DNA of 58,507 nt, filler included, from Dugesia japonica (taxonomy: Eukaryota), in NCBI GenBank assembly GCA_001938525.1. It is 6 parts of 6 records of this genome, joined end to end, with 100 filler letters (N's around TTAATTAATTAA, not from the genome) between each part and the next. Parts side by side here need not be neighbours in the genome. Positions count along the whole stretch, not along the records: positions 12,427 to 20,895 come from MQRL01580319.1; positions 20,996 to 29,337 come from MQRL01624043.1; 4 more parts are not named here. One strand, given 5' to 3'. This document shows, in pieces, positions 12,427-26,542 of the stretch; positions within the stretch are counted from its first letter, which is position 1; each line of letters begins with the position of its first letter. The notes under the pieces were generated by a model that worked only from the letters and a program-made list of their open reading frames with translations, was not told the DNA's origin and searched no databases. The position numbers and the translations under genes were made by a program.

Positions 12427-13743
12427 CTATTCCCAATTTTTAATGATGATTGAGGTGCTTTAGCATTGGAAATTAATATGGTGAAATTATAGAACCGCTG
12501 GAGAAAATTGGTAAAAACAGACACTGCATCTGTGCTTTCAGGGGATATAGAGCATTTATTAATAAATTTTCTAAAGCCTTTTGATGAAATGAACTTTAAA
12601 AAAGCATCAGTAAAATTTTTGTTATTAAGCTCCAGTGGTAACTGTTTAATTTGAGTAAGGCTTTTCAAAAAACTAGCCATCGTGGTGGGTTGGACATTTT
12701 TATACAAATCGATATCATTTTCAGCATTAAAGATGTTAGTTTGCTCATTAGAAATATTTTTAACAGGTAAATTATTAAATAAAAAGTTCTCAAGGAAAAT
12801 AACAAAAACATCCACATTAATTTTACAGAAANTTTTTCCTTGAAAGCTGCTTACGAAAAAATTATGAAAAGTATTTACGAAATTTTTATCAAACATTAAG
12901 CAAAAAATTTGTTTACAAAAAATCACACTGAAAATCTAAAATAATCTTACGCATGTTTTCATTAACAGCATCTGTTGCAGCATAGAAGTCACAATTGCCT
13001 AGACAGTTAAATGTCTGCGATCCAAATCTAAAATGGTTTTGGCACAATGATTTTGAATCAGTTCTGTCTGTCGAAACAGGTTGCCATTTACATTCCGGAT
13101 CACACTGTCTAGCGAGGGACCCATATTTCGTGTGGAATTTGCAAATCCCATTGGAGATAAATTTGTGGAGCATGCGATGGCAGTCATGATTATCAGTTGG
13201 TAAGGGATGATGGTCGTACAGATAATCCATAAAATTAGCAAACTCTGTCGTAAAAGAAATTCCCTTTTCGAAATTCATATTAGGAACATAATTAAGAGCC
13301 AAGTTTGATTCCAAAGTCAGTTTATAAACATTATCAGCTGTGACCAAATATGTATTACCGTTTTCCAAAAAAACATTACCATTTAAAGCCGGTTGTACCA
13401 ATTCCAAAATACCTTTACCATTTTGTTTGAAATCAAGGGAGTTAGCACCAGAGACATTGTCTTCAATGATGATTTTGTTGCCATTACTTGCTTGCGCAGA
13501 GGTAAGTTTATCAAAAATGAAAAATTTACAAATTTCAATTTTTTAAAAAGCGAACAAATCACCATTTTGACCATGATGCACGAGATTCCTGATTTTTTCC
13601 TGTTCGCCCTGGGGTAAGCTACTTAGGATAATCGAGGAATGCTCTAAAGCATCAGTCTCGATTGCTAACTCGGCCTGATCAAACTGAGAAGCAGAGTTCT
13701 TACACATTAAATGCATAGATCGAACGAGATCGGGTGTACCCAA
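12427..13743 (-). pseudogene. Long intronless ORF (~440 codons, interrupted) with two tandem CxxH-x2-(Y/F)G-x5-C-x3-C motifs
   Basis: ORFs 13743-13543 and 13407-12913 are in the same frame, separated by one stop. A frameshift leads into 12926-12427. Motifs: ICKFHTKYGSLARQCDPEC and LCQNHFRFGSQTFNCLGNC. Confidence 0.55.
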
Positions 13744-14299
13744 CCTAGTATGAGCGTCGATAAAATAATTTTTTTCTTTTTTAACCTTTAATTCATCCTT
13801 TTAATTGATTTCTTTACCTTTTATTTGGATCTTAAATTTTTTTCTTCGTTTCTGTGACTTTCGTATTTTCAATCCTTTGCATACTTTGATGTCTCTTTGT
13901 CATTGTATTTCTTTTACTCTTCTTTATTTCATAGTTACTTGATGAACTCTTGTATCCTTGCTTACGTTATATTTGTTCGTGAGTTTTATCGTGTAACCTT
14001 TGCACAGTCTTCTTTACTGTATCTGGTTTGGCATAGTCTTGGTGAAATATCAATCTTTATTTATTGAATAATGCTGACCGCTAAACTTTGAGAACTGCTG
14101 CAAAAGAACTTATTTGTTCGTTTTAAATGTCCTCGTTAATGGTCTCACCAACCTTTAACATTTCTAAATGAGTTATATGCTCAATAAAGCCTTCTTTGTT
14201 AGCAATCCTGGTTTGGAGGTAGCTATTGATATCTGAAAAGGATATAACCATTAACTTTTTATTTTAAAGTTTTCATACAACACCCATTTTGCATAAAAA

Positions 14300-16500
14300 G
14301 ACTCAAGTCCGTGGTGAAGGGGTTATGAATTAAAATTTGAGAGAAGCATTTCTGATGGGCAGTGTTACGAAGATAGACTAAGACGTTTGTTCGTCAAAGA
14401 AAAATCATTTGTAAAGGATATCGAAAGTGTATTGTCATACAAACAACCAGAAGAGGATGTTGACAGCTTTGAGGAAAAGATTGACAAGATGATATAGTTA
14501 CTGATGACATACAGCGATAAGGAAGAAATATAGAAAGAACTTCTAATGCATTATTGTAACAGCGGCCAAATTAAGAAAAATGTGGCAATCCAAAACATTA
14601 AAGATTCTGACGGCATTATTACTGTGATACAAAGCCTTGATTGAATTGAGGATAAAGAGTCAATAAATGCAATGCCTCCTAGTTACAGAGAGGTGTAATG
14701 AACAATAACCAACAATACAATACGTCCAAACGACGAAAGAGCTAGCAGACAAGCAAAAACTGAAGGCCGATGAACAATAAACAAAAGGAGATATTATGTT
14801 ACGGTTACAATAACCCGAGGCATATAAGAAAAGACTGCCCATCAACGCCAATAAGAAAATGTTTCGGATGCGGATCGACCGAACACATAAGGCGTTTTTG
14901 CACGAACATAAAATGCCAAAAGTGTGCACTTAATAGACATCGGGCAAATGAGTGTAGAACGTCAGATGGAAGGATTCAACAGATAAAAATATAGGCCGAA
15001 TATGATAGAGAAAAATTGGATGATAAAAGAGGGTCGAACAATAAAAGATTGGCACAGAACGATACATCAAGACGGAACAATGGATGAAATATCATAGACG
15101 CAGACAGAAACGAATCACCTAACCGAGAAATATACGAATACGATGATGACGACAGATCGGGAAGCNAATACAATGAAAATAGGCACCCAAATGGGAGTGC
15201 TTCCTCAGAAGACGAGATGATAGGAGCCTTATACTAAACACAATGGAAAGTGTTACTAGTAACGGAGGCCGCGCGATGAGTACCGGAAGCGACAGTGTAA
15301 GGGAAGATAGAAGTGAAAAGAAAAACAGCGAGAATAAAAATCGAGAAGCGGAAGTAATGACAGTTAAAGAATAGAAAGGAGTACAGATATCATATAATAG
15401 AATGGAAGGTAGACTCAGTATCGATTTGGAAATTCAAGATAAGACATTTGATTGCCTGCTGGACAGGATAAAAAATTAACATGATGAGTGACTAAGTTCT
15501 TAAGGAACTGAGCAATATAGTAATACAGAAAGCAGATGTAAAATTACAATGTGCTGGAAACGTTAGGACAGGTGTTGGTTGAGACATCTCTTGAACAACA
15601 AAGAGAAATGGTTATTATACGATAGCAAAACAGTGGTGTCCAGACATCATAGGAAGAATAGTGCTACAACAGCAATTCTGCTTTTAGTTACAAAGAATAT
15701 CATTGGAAAAGAATGAGACACACATTAGTGTATTAGAAGGAAAGTTCGTAAGAGTCATATCAGACGAAGAACGGGAGCAGCAAGCTATAAAAATAATTCA
15801 CCCAAACAAAGAAGCGTGAAAGATAACAGTTGTTAATAGACGAGCCTTCATGTCTGACGATTGAGATATTGGATGCACCATGCTCATGAACCATAAAATA
15901 ATAACGGAAGGAGAGCCAATTAACATAAGGCTATGACGTCAACCGACGAACTAAGAAGAAGAAATTGAAAAAAACAATACAGAACTTAGAAGAAAACGGC
16001 ATTATCAGGAAATTTAATTCAAGAAGAAATATGTTAATGGTTTGCATATGGAATAAAGAAAAGAAAATGCTAAGACTATGTTTAGAGTTTCGCCAGACTA
16101 ACCAAATATCGGAGAGACAAGCATATCCTGTTCCAAACACAGATGAACTGCTAGATGGATTAAATGAAGCTCATTTTTCAGCAAAATTAATCTAGGCAAT
16201 GCGTATTATCAGGTTAAATTGAAGGAATCGTTACAGGAGAAAACAGCGTTCTCCACCAAAAAAAGGTCAATAGTGTTTCACAAGGATGCCATTTGGTATT
16301 GCAGTAGCACAAGGAAAATTCCAGGAACTGATGACAAATGTACTGGGAAGCACACCTAGAGCCATGGTATATATAGATGGTATTTTAATTTATTCAGATA
16401 ATGCAAAGAACCATTTAAAGACGCTGGACACTGTGCTGAAAGAAATATTAAAAGCTTGATTACGTATCAACCCAAAAGAAAAATCCATGGAAGAAGGTAC
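14300..16500 (+). mobile_element. Decayed Ty3/Gypsy gag-pol (three CCHC knuckles, protease, RT)
   Basis: Knuckles CYGYNNPRHIRKDC, CFGCGSTEHIRRFC, CQKCALNRHRANEC; protease-like FDCLLD; RT motifs RLCLEFRQTN, AYPVP, RMPFGI, YIDGILIYS. Confidence 0.85.
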
Positions 16501-17903
16501 AAGCTAGAAGACAGGTAAGGAAGAGTACTATATAAAAATATGGGAAAGTTGAAATTTCTTAAAGAAGTGGGAGTTTGAGATTTTTCAATAATCAACATAA
16601 AAATTTTATGAAAAGTTTCATAAAAGTTTTATGTAATAATAATTGAAGAAATTTCAAATAAAAAAAAATAATTGAAACAATTAATTGGTAATTAATGGTA
16701 ACTTTCAACACTTGTAGCTAAGTGGTGGTTATTTTACTGCCAATACTTGGTGAGGAAATATGTTTTTAGGTGGCTTCTCGATACTACTAGATAAGGATAG
16801 CGATGGGTGATGGATTTCACGATGAGTATGGGAGCTTGCGAGAGTATGGGTACCACATAAGAGTTACCATAAAGTACTGAGGAAAGTAGATGTTTGTTGT
16901 GTAATGTTCCATGAATACTTGTATATGCCAATGTATGATGAAACGGTATGATGGACTGGTATGGTGGAATGCTGTCGCTTTACCTAATGTAGTCAAACTT
17001 GTGGATGAACTTATTAAACCTTTCAACCCTTATTGCGTAGATTTTATTTATTTCGAATAATTAATGACTATATCTTTAAACATGACTAAACTTACTAATT
17101 GATTAATCACTGTGACTGCGGTTTTACTGAGTATCATAGAAAGAAGGACCCAAACTAAAGTAATACAAGCATGCACTCAAACTACGGATTGCGAGTCACC
17201 GGCTCTATTCTGAAATTCTAAATTTGGAACTCTAGATCAAATTCTTCGCGGTTTTTTGATAGACCATGTTATCCTAGTTACTAATTAAAATTGAGCTGCT
17301 TAGATGAAATCCCAACATAATAGATAACTGTTAAACTATAATATTATGGTTAAAAAAATCTATTGTGCTTTAGTACCCAAACTAGTCATGTATGTGCCAA
17401 GAGTAATTCTTTTACACTTTGTAGATTTTGCTTCAATTGATATATTTTCTAATGTCTTTTTGATCAATTTTTTTATCAACAGTTTTTATGCTTCCATTGG
17501 AGCTTTTACTGCTTTAATAATTCTTGCTACTCATCTGAATCCTCTAAGTCAATTGAAATTGATAATTCTAATAAAGGTACAAATGTATTTTCTTATTATT
17601 TTATCGAAATTTGATTACTTTTATAGAAAAATATTTATATAAAATAATAAAATTTATGTTGGCTTGCGTATAGTTTCAAATATTCCTTATGAAATTTATA
17701 TATTTTTGTACACGACTTTATGAAAATAGTACATGTAATAATAAAACTAGTCTATAAATTATTGTATACTTATTGTAATTTGTATAAATTTTAATGAAAT
17801 GAATGTATGGATAATGTGCTTAGTAAATATTTTATTGACAATTGTATGAGATTTAATGAAAAACGATTTATAACTAAATGAAATTAGTATATATATATAT
17901 ATA

Positions 17904-19273
17904 TGTTGGGATGAAACACACCACTAAGAAAGAAGGCAAGGCCACCACAAATTATAAAAGAACAAAAGAATCATAGTTACGAATGGAAAATATCCGAAAA
18001 ATGGTCAAAATAAGAAGATAAATCGAATAGGGTCGGAAACCCATTAGTGCATAAATAAAATAAAACCGAATAATCAAAATGGGTATTCATCCAGATTAAT
18101 CAATTAAAAGAAATTAAAATTTATTATATAAAAGAAAAGAAAATATCTAATAAAAATTTTTTAATTACAAGAAAATATCAATTAATTAAAAAGGAAAAAT
18201 AAATAAGATTGAACCCGAAATCTGTTTTCTGCAAATAACTCGACTCCAGAAAGTCACCGGGACTCGTATTAACAAAATTTGGATCGGAATTGATATGGGA
18301 CAACAAAATTCCTTAATCCGAAAACGTTGCGACCACCAGAAGGACCGTCACAAAGGTTGGAAGATGGAACCAATGAGAACCTAGAAAATAAAAATATAAC
18401 AAAGAACAAAAACTCACATGATACTTCAAAAATAACGGCCAACAGAATTGCAGAAAAGTCTGAAAAATTCGGAAAAGTGGCTTCAACGCCAATAGAATCG
18501 TGCTTTTTTGAATTAAGAATAGCTGACCAATGCTAAGCAAGTCGGGGTGTCTCGGAAACTCTATAAAAGAGCCCCATGTCTTAGGAGAAAAAACAACACA
18601 AAAACACCACAACCAATTTAATCGAGTAATTTCATCAACTACAACGAGAGAAATATTTCACTGGATTATTTGTACTTGCTACAACTATCACAAGAGTAAA
18701 TTTAGTCACTAACTAACAGAAATTCCACCAACTCGACCAGAGACATTTATTCGCACCGAAGTACCTTCAAAAATTACCGATAAATTGATATTGATTAATC
18801 TTATTTTCAAGGACAAGAAAAGTACAGCAGAGGTATTATCCAGCCCAGAAAAATAGTTAACGGAGAAAGTCATTGTTATTAGCCTGTCGTTGAACTGTTG
18901 CAGAAATTCCTATCTAATCTAAAAGTAAAATTTTATTCTGATCGTAAAAAATTGTTGTCATGGAAAGTTAAATATTAAATGTAATAAATGTATAAATGTT
19001 AAAATTTTAATTTATGACTTTATTCCCTAAAATACTCAATAATACTCGTCAGTTATGCAAATGTTACAGTTATTTTTATAAATTTTAGATTCCGTGGTTA
19101 CTGCAACTGAAGATAAGTCGGTCATATTGTTTATTAAAATGAACCAAGCAGTACCCAAAACTTCTGATAAAATAAACCATAAAACCTCAATTGTAATAAT
19201 GAGTTAACATCTGCTAGAAAACGTTCAATTACTTAATTTTAGTGATTAAAAAAGAAGACAAAATGTTACAACA
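17904..19273 (+). repeat. Putative solo LTR
   Basis: TGTTG...CAACA inverted termini, internal AATAAA, inserted at a (TA)n tract, no coding capacity. TSD imperfect (atat/attt). Confidence 0.45.
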
Positions 19274-20469
19274 ATTTTATTTATATTAAATTTACCTTGA
19301 TTAATATTAAATTCCAGAATAATAAGCTGGTTGAGAGAACCTCCTCTAAATTATCCCTACTGCATAACACTATTTCTTCATAATTTACCAAATCTATTTA
19401 TTATAACCAAATCGAGCAGATAAATTCCAGTAGAATCGATACAGTTATGCATAATGGTAGACATAGCAGAAGAAGAATAAAATAATTTTGTAGGTGTGTA
19501 AAAGTTGTCACCCAAATGGTAGTATGCAAATGCACATTTTCTATACAATTATGGCACTAAGTTGCGCACACTAGCGTAGTGGGTTTTAGTAAGGATCGAT
19601 CTACTAAGAGAACCGTTACTACGCAACGATAATTAGCGGCAAATGAAAAAATTCAATTTATTATAAAATTCTTTGATTTAATCCTATTATTTATTTTACC
19701 ATTAGGATTTTTTGTGGGTTTTCATGATTACCGATATTACTACCAGTAATAATTGGCTCTTACCTAAAAGAATCTAGTTCTTTTGCCCACAACTCCTCAT
19801 AGCTACGGGGTGACCATGAGCAATATTATCCAGGAGATTAACATTCAGACCACCATGATCGTCATTCAAAGTCGATAGTATTGCGATATGTCTTCGTATA
19901 TATTAAGAATAATTTTAACACTAATAAAAAGGTTTAAGATAATTTATGGCGGGTATTAACATGACTTGATATGTTTTTTTTATACTGCTATTATTATGCT
20001 AATAAGATATTAGAATCATCATTGAGAATATCTTCTTTATTACCTCCTATACTTAATTAGAAGCCTCATGATGTCATTGGCGGTCCAGGGTCGACTTTTG
20101 TGTTTGTGAACCCTGGCCTGGATTAAATATTATAATTAATAATTCCACTTTTTAGCTATACTAACTGAATTATATCGTGTCCTGCAATGGATAAAGATGC
20201 GGTGACAAATTAGCCGATCCAAGCAGTTGTTGGCTCATTTGCTGACGAAAGGGGGAATTGAACATCCTGATGAGACAGACCTTTGCTGCCTCGCTGAGAT
20301 GTTTCCCTCGAACTTTAAAGTATACCTGGATGAGAAATTACCTTTGGCTTCATTGAGAATTCGCCTGACATCGACAAAGAAACCTTTCCTCATGTGTATT
20401 AGCTATTTAAATAAATTATCTATTACATTTTGCTGCTATGTTATGCGTGCTAAATTTTTTTATTTAGAA

Positions 20470-20823
20470 ATGGAATCCATATGGGAAAGGGTCATAGACC
20501 GAAGAAGTCGTCGAGTCATTTTCCGGCGGTACCATAATTCCCACAATCGGGACGCGAGCATTTTGGCCGACAGGTCTAATTTGCCCCCAGTTGAATATAT
20601 TGTTGAGCGCATAAGAGATTTTGGTGAACGTCAGCAGTACCAAACTTGGACGGGCCCGGATCGCACTCTGGCAACGTCATTTCACTACCAACCTCCTACT
20701 CCGCCCCCAGCTCCCGCTGTACAAGCTTTCATAAATAATCTTCTCTGGGGAGTTAGGGAACCAACCATAGGGGTGACAGACGTTGAAAATACGCCCCTTA
20801 GTGTTGAAAATAATACTCCCTAA
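20470..20823 (+). CDS. Hypothetical protein or terminal exon (117 aa) with a Pro-rich segment
   Basis: GC-elevated ORF after the acceptor tttttatttag|aaATG, with AATAAA 20-30 nt after the stop. No family recognised. Confidence 0.35.
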   Translation: MESIWERVIDRRSRRVIFRRYHNSHNRDASILADRSNLPPVEYIVERIRDFGERQQYQTWTGPDRTLATSFHYQPPTPPPAPAVQAFINNLLWGVREPTIGVTDVENTPLSVENNTP

Positions 20824-20895
20824 AATTTTGTCTATTAGTTTGCTAATAAATGTTTAGGTGTTTGAATTAATGTCGAGTTGTGTTCCATATTCATT

Positions 20896-20995
20896 NNNNN
20901 NNNNNNNNNNNNNNNNNNNNNNNNNNNNNNNNNNNNNNNTTAATTAATTAANNNNNNNNNNNNNNNNNNNNNNNNNNNNNNNNNNNNNNNNNNNN
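20896..20995. other. Artificial contig spacer
   Basis: 44 N + TTAATTAATTAA + 44 N. Confidence 0.97.
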
Positions 20996-21971
20996 TAGTG
21001 CTTGAATTTTTAATATGCAAATAACGATAATGCACCACTCAAAACGGATAAAAAATAATGTTATCATTACCCTTTGCCTAGATATAAGCAATTAAAGATG
21101 TCGGTAAATAGAAATCATTTACAGTTTTTCGTTTAAGAATGAGAGCAGCAAAGAAATGTTGCAAAAGCAACTTAAAATTTGTCGAAAAACATTCCCAAGA
21201 TGGCTTGAAAAATTTAAGAATAAACCAAAGATGAATAATGAAATATAAAAACCACCATTTTTTTTACATTATTTCAATAATAAAGACTTATATAATAATT
21301 AATCACGTTTTATTGAAAACAAGATGTTTTGGTACCAATTAGAATTTTTGTGAGTAATTAGTTCATCTATTAGTTTAGTTTCAAACAGTATGGGATATTG
21401 GCTCAACCAATCATCCGGACTATACAAGGTATTAATGTATTTATATAATTATTACTGACGTTTATGATTTGCAATAAATATATTGTTTTATTTTTTTAAT
21501 ATAGAATTTTGATAAAATTGAAAAATTAAATGTTACCGTATTTTCTCATCGATAACACACGAGTTTTCTATTCAAAAAAGCCGATTTAAAGAAAAAATTA
21601 ATAGTGCGCGGAAACATTTATCTCTTATACAAGAAGTGCAAGATCTACTAGATGCGCGTTATCGATGGTAAAACACGGTAATTGAAAAGGTCGTCTATTA
21701 AATTAAACTTTTTTCGTTTAACCTTTTAATAAAATCTATTTCAATTAAATGGAAACTTAAATTATTTGATAAATTTCTCTGTCAGTAAATTTAAAGAAGT
21801 TTTACTCTATAATTAGGCTTCTGGTAAAATTCAATTCCATCATTAATGTTAAATATTAAATTAGTATCATCAACTAATTAAATTTAAGTTAAAATTTTTG
21901 TTTGTGTAATTTATGTATATAAATAATTTTTGGATTAATTTGTCATATATTCTAATGGGTATTTAATATAG

Positions 21972-22675
21972 CTCTTTTATAGACATCAGTTCTATCTACA
22001 AACAAAAAATTATATCATCGAAGGTTGTTGGAATCACGGGGTATCAATGGAAGATCTATGTCACATAATCGCATTAATGACACAAGCCGAATTCGGCAAT
22101 TTTCATTCTTTCACGAGTTCAATGAAATATGCTCTTTTTTGGCCAAAGGTTTTGGAGGAAGAACTGAACAACACTGATATTCAGAAAATAAGAGATTATC
22201 ACAATAATTTAAAGGACTGGACCCAGAGAAAAATTGAATACGAGTTATTACGATTAATATCTGAAAGTTGGTTAATGTATGGAGTTGCATTTTACGATGT
22301 AACCGATTGTTGGAGTAAATCACTGAAATTCGGAATCGGTCCAGATGGTTTGTTTCTGTGTACAAATAAATTCAAGTTAATTGATAAGTAGATTTAAATA
22401 TCGGAATTGGATTTGTTGATAATAAATATTTATTAGGTGGGTATTCGATGCTGTCACGAAAGTTAATTGTACAGATCGGGTTATTGAGTTTGTGTTAATT
22501 CAAGATGATGGATCAACTCGCTGTCAGAAATTCAGTACAAAAAGCGCTAAAGCATCAAAGTCTCTACACAGATACGTAACTGAAAGCTTTCAGTTTTTTA
22601 AATGCGACACCGTTGACGTAGATATTTTGAAAGATTGTAAAACAATCACACATTTTTTCCGGAAAAGTAACACTT
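21972..22675 (+). CDS. FERM-domain protein, MYLIP/IDOL/DNR1-like; internal exons ~21972-22387 and 22437-22675
   Basis: RHQFYLQ, IALMTQAEFGNF, MYGVAFY, KFGIGPDGL. SKSLHRYVTESFQFFKCDTV resembles MYLIP SGLYRAITETHAFYRCDTV. The GT-AG intron 22388-22436 keeps the frame. A probable upstream exon (YWLNQSSGLYK) lies near 21375-21428. No RING exon seen. Confidence 0.75.
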
Positions 22676-25275
22676 GTAAGTGATTTTTTTTTAACTGTAA
22701 TTTTAATTAGTCATTATTTCTATTTTCATTAAAACTCTTCAAATATAAACTTATAAATTATAATAAATAATTATTCTTTAAACTTTTCAAAACTCCTATT
22801 AAAATAATAGAAAATATATCAAATTCTAGTCCAAAATTAATACTAAGTCCAAAAACCCATTATAATAAAAACCACTATAACAAACCCCATTATAAAATCC
22901 TCAAACCAAAATATAATTATCAAACTAGATAATTATAATCATTACTAAATTTTTCCAATCGGAGCAATGAATGAACCATAAGCACTTTACGCACTTTACG
23001 TTTAAAGCATCGCATTACCAATGGAAGTAGTCCAACATATTTTCAGTTTTACTTGCAAGAAATCAAACAATATCCCAATCGGAAAGTCGTATTGAAACGA
23101 GTAACGATCATTACATGGTTCAAATAATTCAAAGTTACAATATATGGCTAAGCCACATCATTTAATTTGCGTCAATGAATAATATTATTGTCTATTTACG
23201 AGGTGGACACTATCAGTACTTTTATTATTATAATTTATATTTTATTATTTATAAATTATTATAAATTTACAGATTTATGTAGTTTCAATTTGTCAAATTT
23301 ATATTGTTCTAAATATTGAATTTCCGAAAGGAAATTAATCAGATTGTGTACAGTTTCAAAATTGAGTAAAAATATAAATCCGTTTATTCAACTTTTCATA
23401 TTTATTAGAATCTACAAATGAAAAAAGAGTTTTGTTTGATCGTTGTAAAAGAAAATATTTTGAATTGGATCAATTGATTAGAGGCTATCGATATATTACG
23501 TAGACATTCAGGGGAGAGGAGATGGTTGGATTTAGGATATTTTGCGTACGGAAATGGGGAGTAGTCTCGACTGAATACGTACTTATGCATAAATTTATAT
23601 ATAGCCTATGTAACAATATAACTATAAGACGGTTTCGTAAAAATCGGGTTTTTAAGTAATAAAATTCAAAAAATCGTCTAAATAAAAAATACGGTAATTA
23701 TTTTGTATTGATTCGGTTGATTTTTTTGTTTTGAACAATATTGGGATCATTTTAATGAAGTCACATTATGTATAATATTCACATTCCATTTAAATCAAAA
23801 GTTTTTTAACCATGTAAGTGTAGATTTAAACACAGATATCCATGTCTGATTGATTAAATTTCCATTTCTTGAATTTGTTATATTAAAGTTTCTTTTTCGG
23901 TTAAGTGCTCTATTTTATCAATTATTTTGATGCAGTGTTGAAAATAATAAACTTTCAATGTTCTATTTGTATTTTCTTAATAATTTTTAATAAAATGTTT
24001 TCGATATTGTTCATCTTTCGCAATAATTAGTTTCTCAGTTTTTAGTAAGAAACATTCTTTGANGTTCTTATGTATTAAAGGTTCTTTGACTACATTCCAC
24101 GAATTTAATAGACTACCTAGCCATTAAAATATTTAATGGAGGTTTAATTTTTCATGATTTAGTCATATAATTAATTAGTATAAAATTTGTCTTTTTAACT
24201 AATTTTTTTATTCAAGAGTGACAGAGAATTAATAAAAGTCAGAAAAGTTTTACTTGGTTTTTAATTTTTTAATTGAAACTAGTGCTGGATTGAAAGCCAA
24301 AATTCCCGCAAAAATTATACTTTTTGTAATATGATTTTAATTTATTAAATTTTTGAAACTAATTAATAGAAGTTTACATTAGTTTTGATTTATTTATATC
24401 AAAGAAATTCATATATACAATTTAATAATGAAAAATGACTTATAAAATTTACAATTTTATTTGGGTTCTTGAGTCTATTCATCATTTTTTAGACTTTTTT
24501 AAAAATATTAACGCACAATTATAGGCAACATAGGATGCCAGAAAAGTATTTTTCATATATTTTAATTTAAATTATTTTTTACTCTAAAATTTAGTCTTTA
24601 TTTGTTATATTATATTTATTATGCTGTATTTATTTTATATTATTATATTAACCATTCCTTATCATGACAAATAAGGAAATAATATCATGAATGTGAGGTA
24701 AATTAAATAGACAGGTTGATTCGGGGAATTTTTTGTGGCAAATCAATAAAAGAATAATAANNNNNNNNNNNNNNNNNNNNNNNNNNNNNNNNNNNNNNNN
24801 NNNNNNNNNNNNNNNNNNNNNNNNTAAAGAAATATTTGGAAATTTTAAATTTAAGTAATAAATCAATAATAGTAAATTGGAATAAAATTTTAATAGAAAA
24901 GTATAGGAATATTTTGAAATTTTAAAATGAAGTATAAAAATTAATAAAAGTAAAATTAGAATAAATATTTTAATAAAAAAATNGAAATTGCCAGAAATAA
25001 ATTCCTTGTCAAATTTGTTTGTTTAATCTCCTTTTGTTAATTAAATAAATCTTTACAACTCAAGTGTTAATTTTTTTGATGGAACCAAATAACAAAATAG
25101 AAGATTCTGAGGAAACTACTTACAATGACAGTGCTAACCTTTATATTTGATTTTTAATTTCATTATTAGCGATTTTAATTTTATGAGCCTGTCAAAATTT
25201 AAAGTACAATTTAATGTTATCATTAGTATCTCTCCCTCTAGAATATACATGACTAGAATGTATATCATATATATA

Positions 25276-26542
25276 CAGGGTGCGCAAAAATTCCTTGGGC
25301 TAAGTTTGATTAAATAATTTTCTAGTAAAATATTAGTCAAACATAAACTTTTTTATATTTAAATATTCCTTATTTAATTCTTTATCATTTTATATATTTT
25401 GTTTATTTAATATAGGATTTTTAAAAAATGTGCAGCANGGAAAGTAATCGCATAGCCATTATTGTATTATATATTCAACATAAAGCCCAAATAGAAATAG
25501 TTCGATTGCTTGGTATTCCGAAACAAACAGTCTCATACACAATAAATGATACAAGGAAATAGGATGCCCTAAGGACCGAAAAAGAAGTGGAAGACCTCGC
25601 AGCGCCAACATTCCAAAGATTCGTAAAATTATTCGGGATCGTGTAAGGCCTAATTTCGGGCGTTCAATGAGAATAATGACCACAGAAATCGGCATTTGTG
25701 AGTCAAGCGTGTGCAATATAGTAAAGAAGGAGCTTAAATTCAAATCTCTGAAACTAGAAAAACAATAACACCTTAACGAAAAGAAATGTGCAACCAGAAA
25801 AGAAAGATGTTGGCGCCTATTACGCGAGCGCAGGGCCAATTTTCATAATGTATGCTTTTTTCTGATGAGAAATATTTAGCGTAGAGCAAGCTCACAACAT
25901 CCAAAATGATAGAGTATTTTTTCCATTTTCTTATGTGGCAAACCAAATGGAAAAAATTGTTTCTCGCTCTCAGAAACCAGCAAGGGTCATGGTTTGGGCT
26001 GCAGTCTCATTTTCAAAATGGTATCAAAACCAATGCCAGAAATTATTTTTCGGATATTCTTGAAGCGGTAGTGATGCCTTGGTCCAAACAAAATTATCCG
26101 AACGATGATTGAATTTTCCAACAGGATTCTGCACCCGCTCTTTGAGCAAAAATTTGGCACAGACAATTTTCCAGATTATGTAACCTCTCAGGAATGGCCA
26201 CTGTACACGCCAGATTTGAACCCTCTGGACTATGCGATATAGGGAATTCTTCAGAGTAAAGCCTGTTCTAAGTCCCATAATTCTGTAAACTCATTAAAAC
26301 GTGATTTGGTAAAAGAATGGAATGAAATTGGCGAGGAAACCGTGTGCGTCGCGATAGACCAGTTTCCTAGACGCATTTAATCATGTGTCAAAGCAAATGG
26401 AAGAATTTTTGAAAATGAGTTTGTTTAAATAAAATTTTATGCATTTTTTGATGTTGTTACTATTTTACTTTTTTATTTCCGGTTATTATTATTCACCTTT
26501 AAATATGTAATTACAAAGTCCAAGGACTTTTTGCTCACCCTG
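25276..26542 (+). mobile_element. Tc1/mariner element, maT (DD37D)-like, defective transposase
   Basis: TIRs CAGGGTGCGCAAAAATTCCTTGG / CCAAGGACTTTTTGCTCACCCTG, TA TSD, 1267 bp. Motifs RSGRPR, FSDEK, FQQDSAPA, EWPLYTPDLNPLDY, with stops and frameshifts. Confidence 0.93.
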
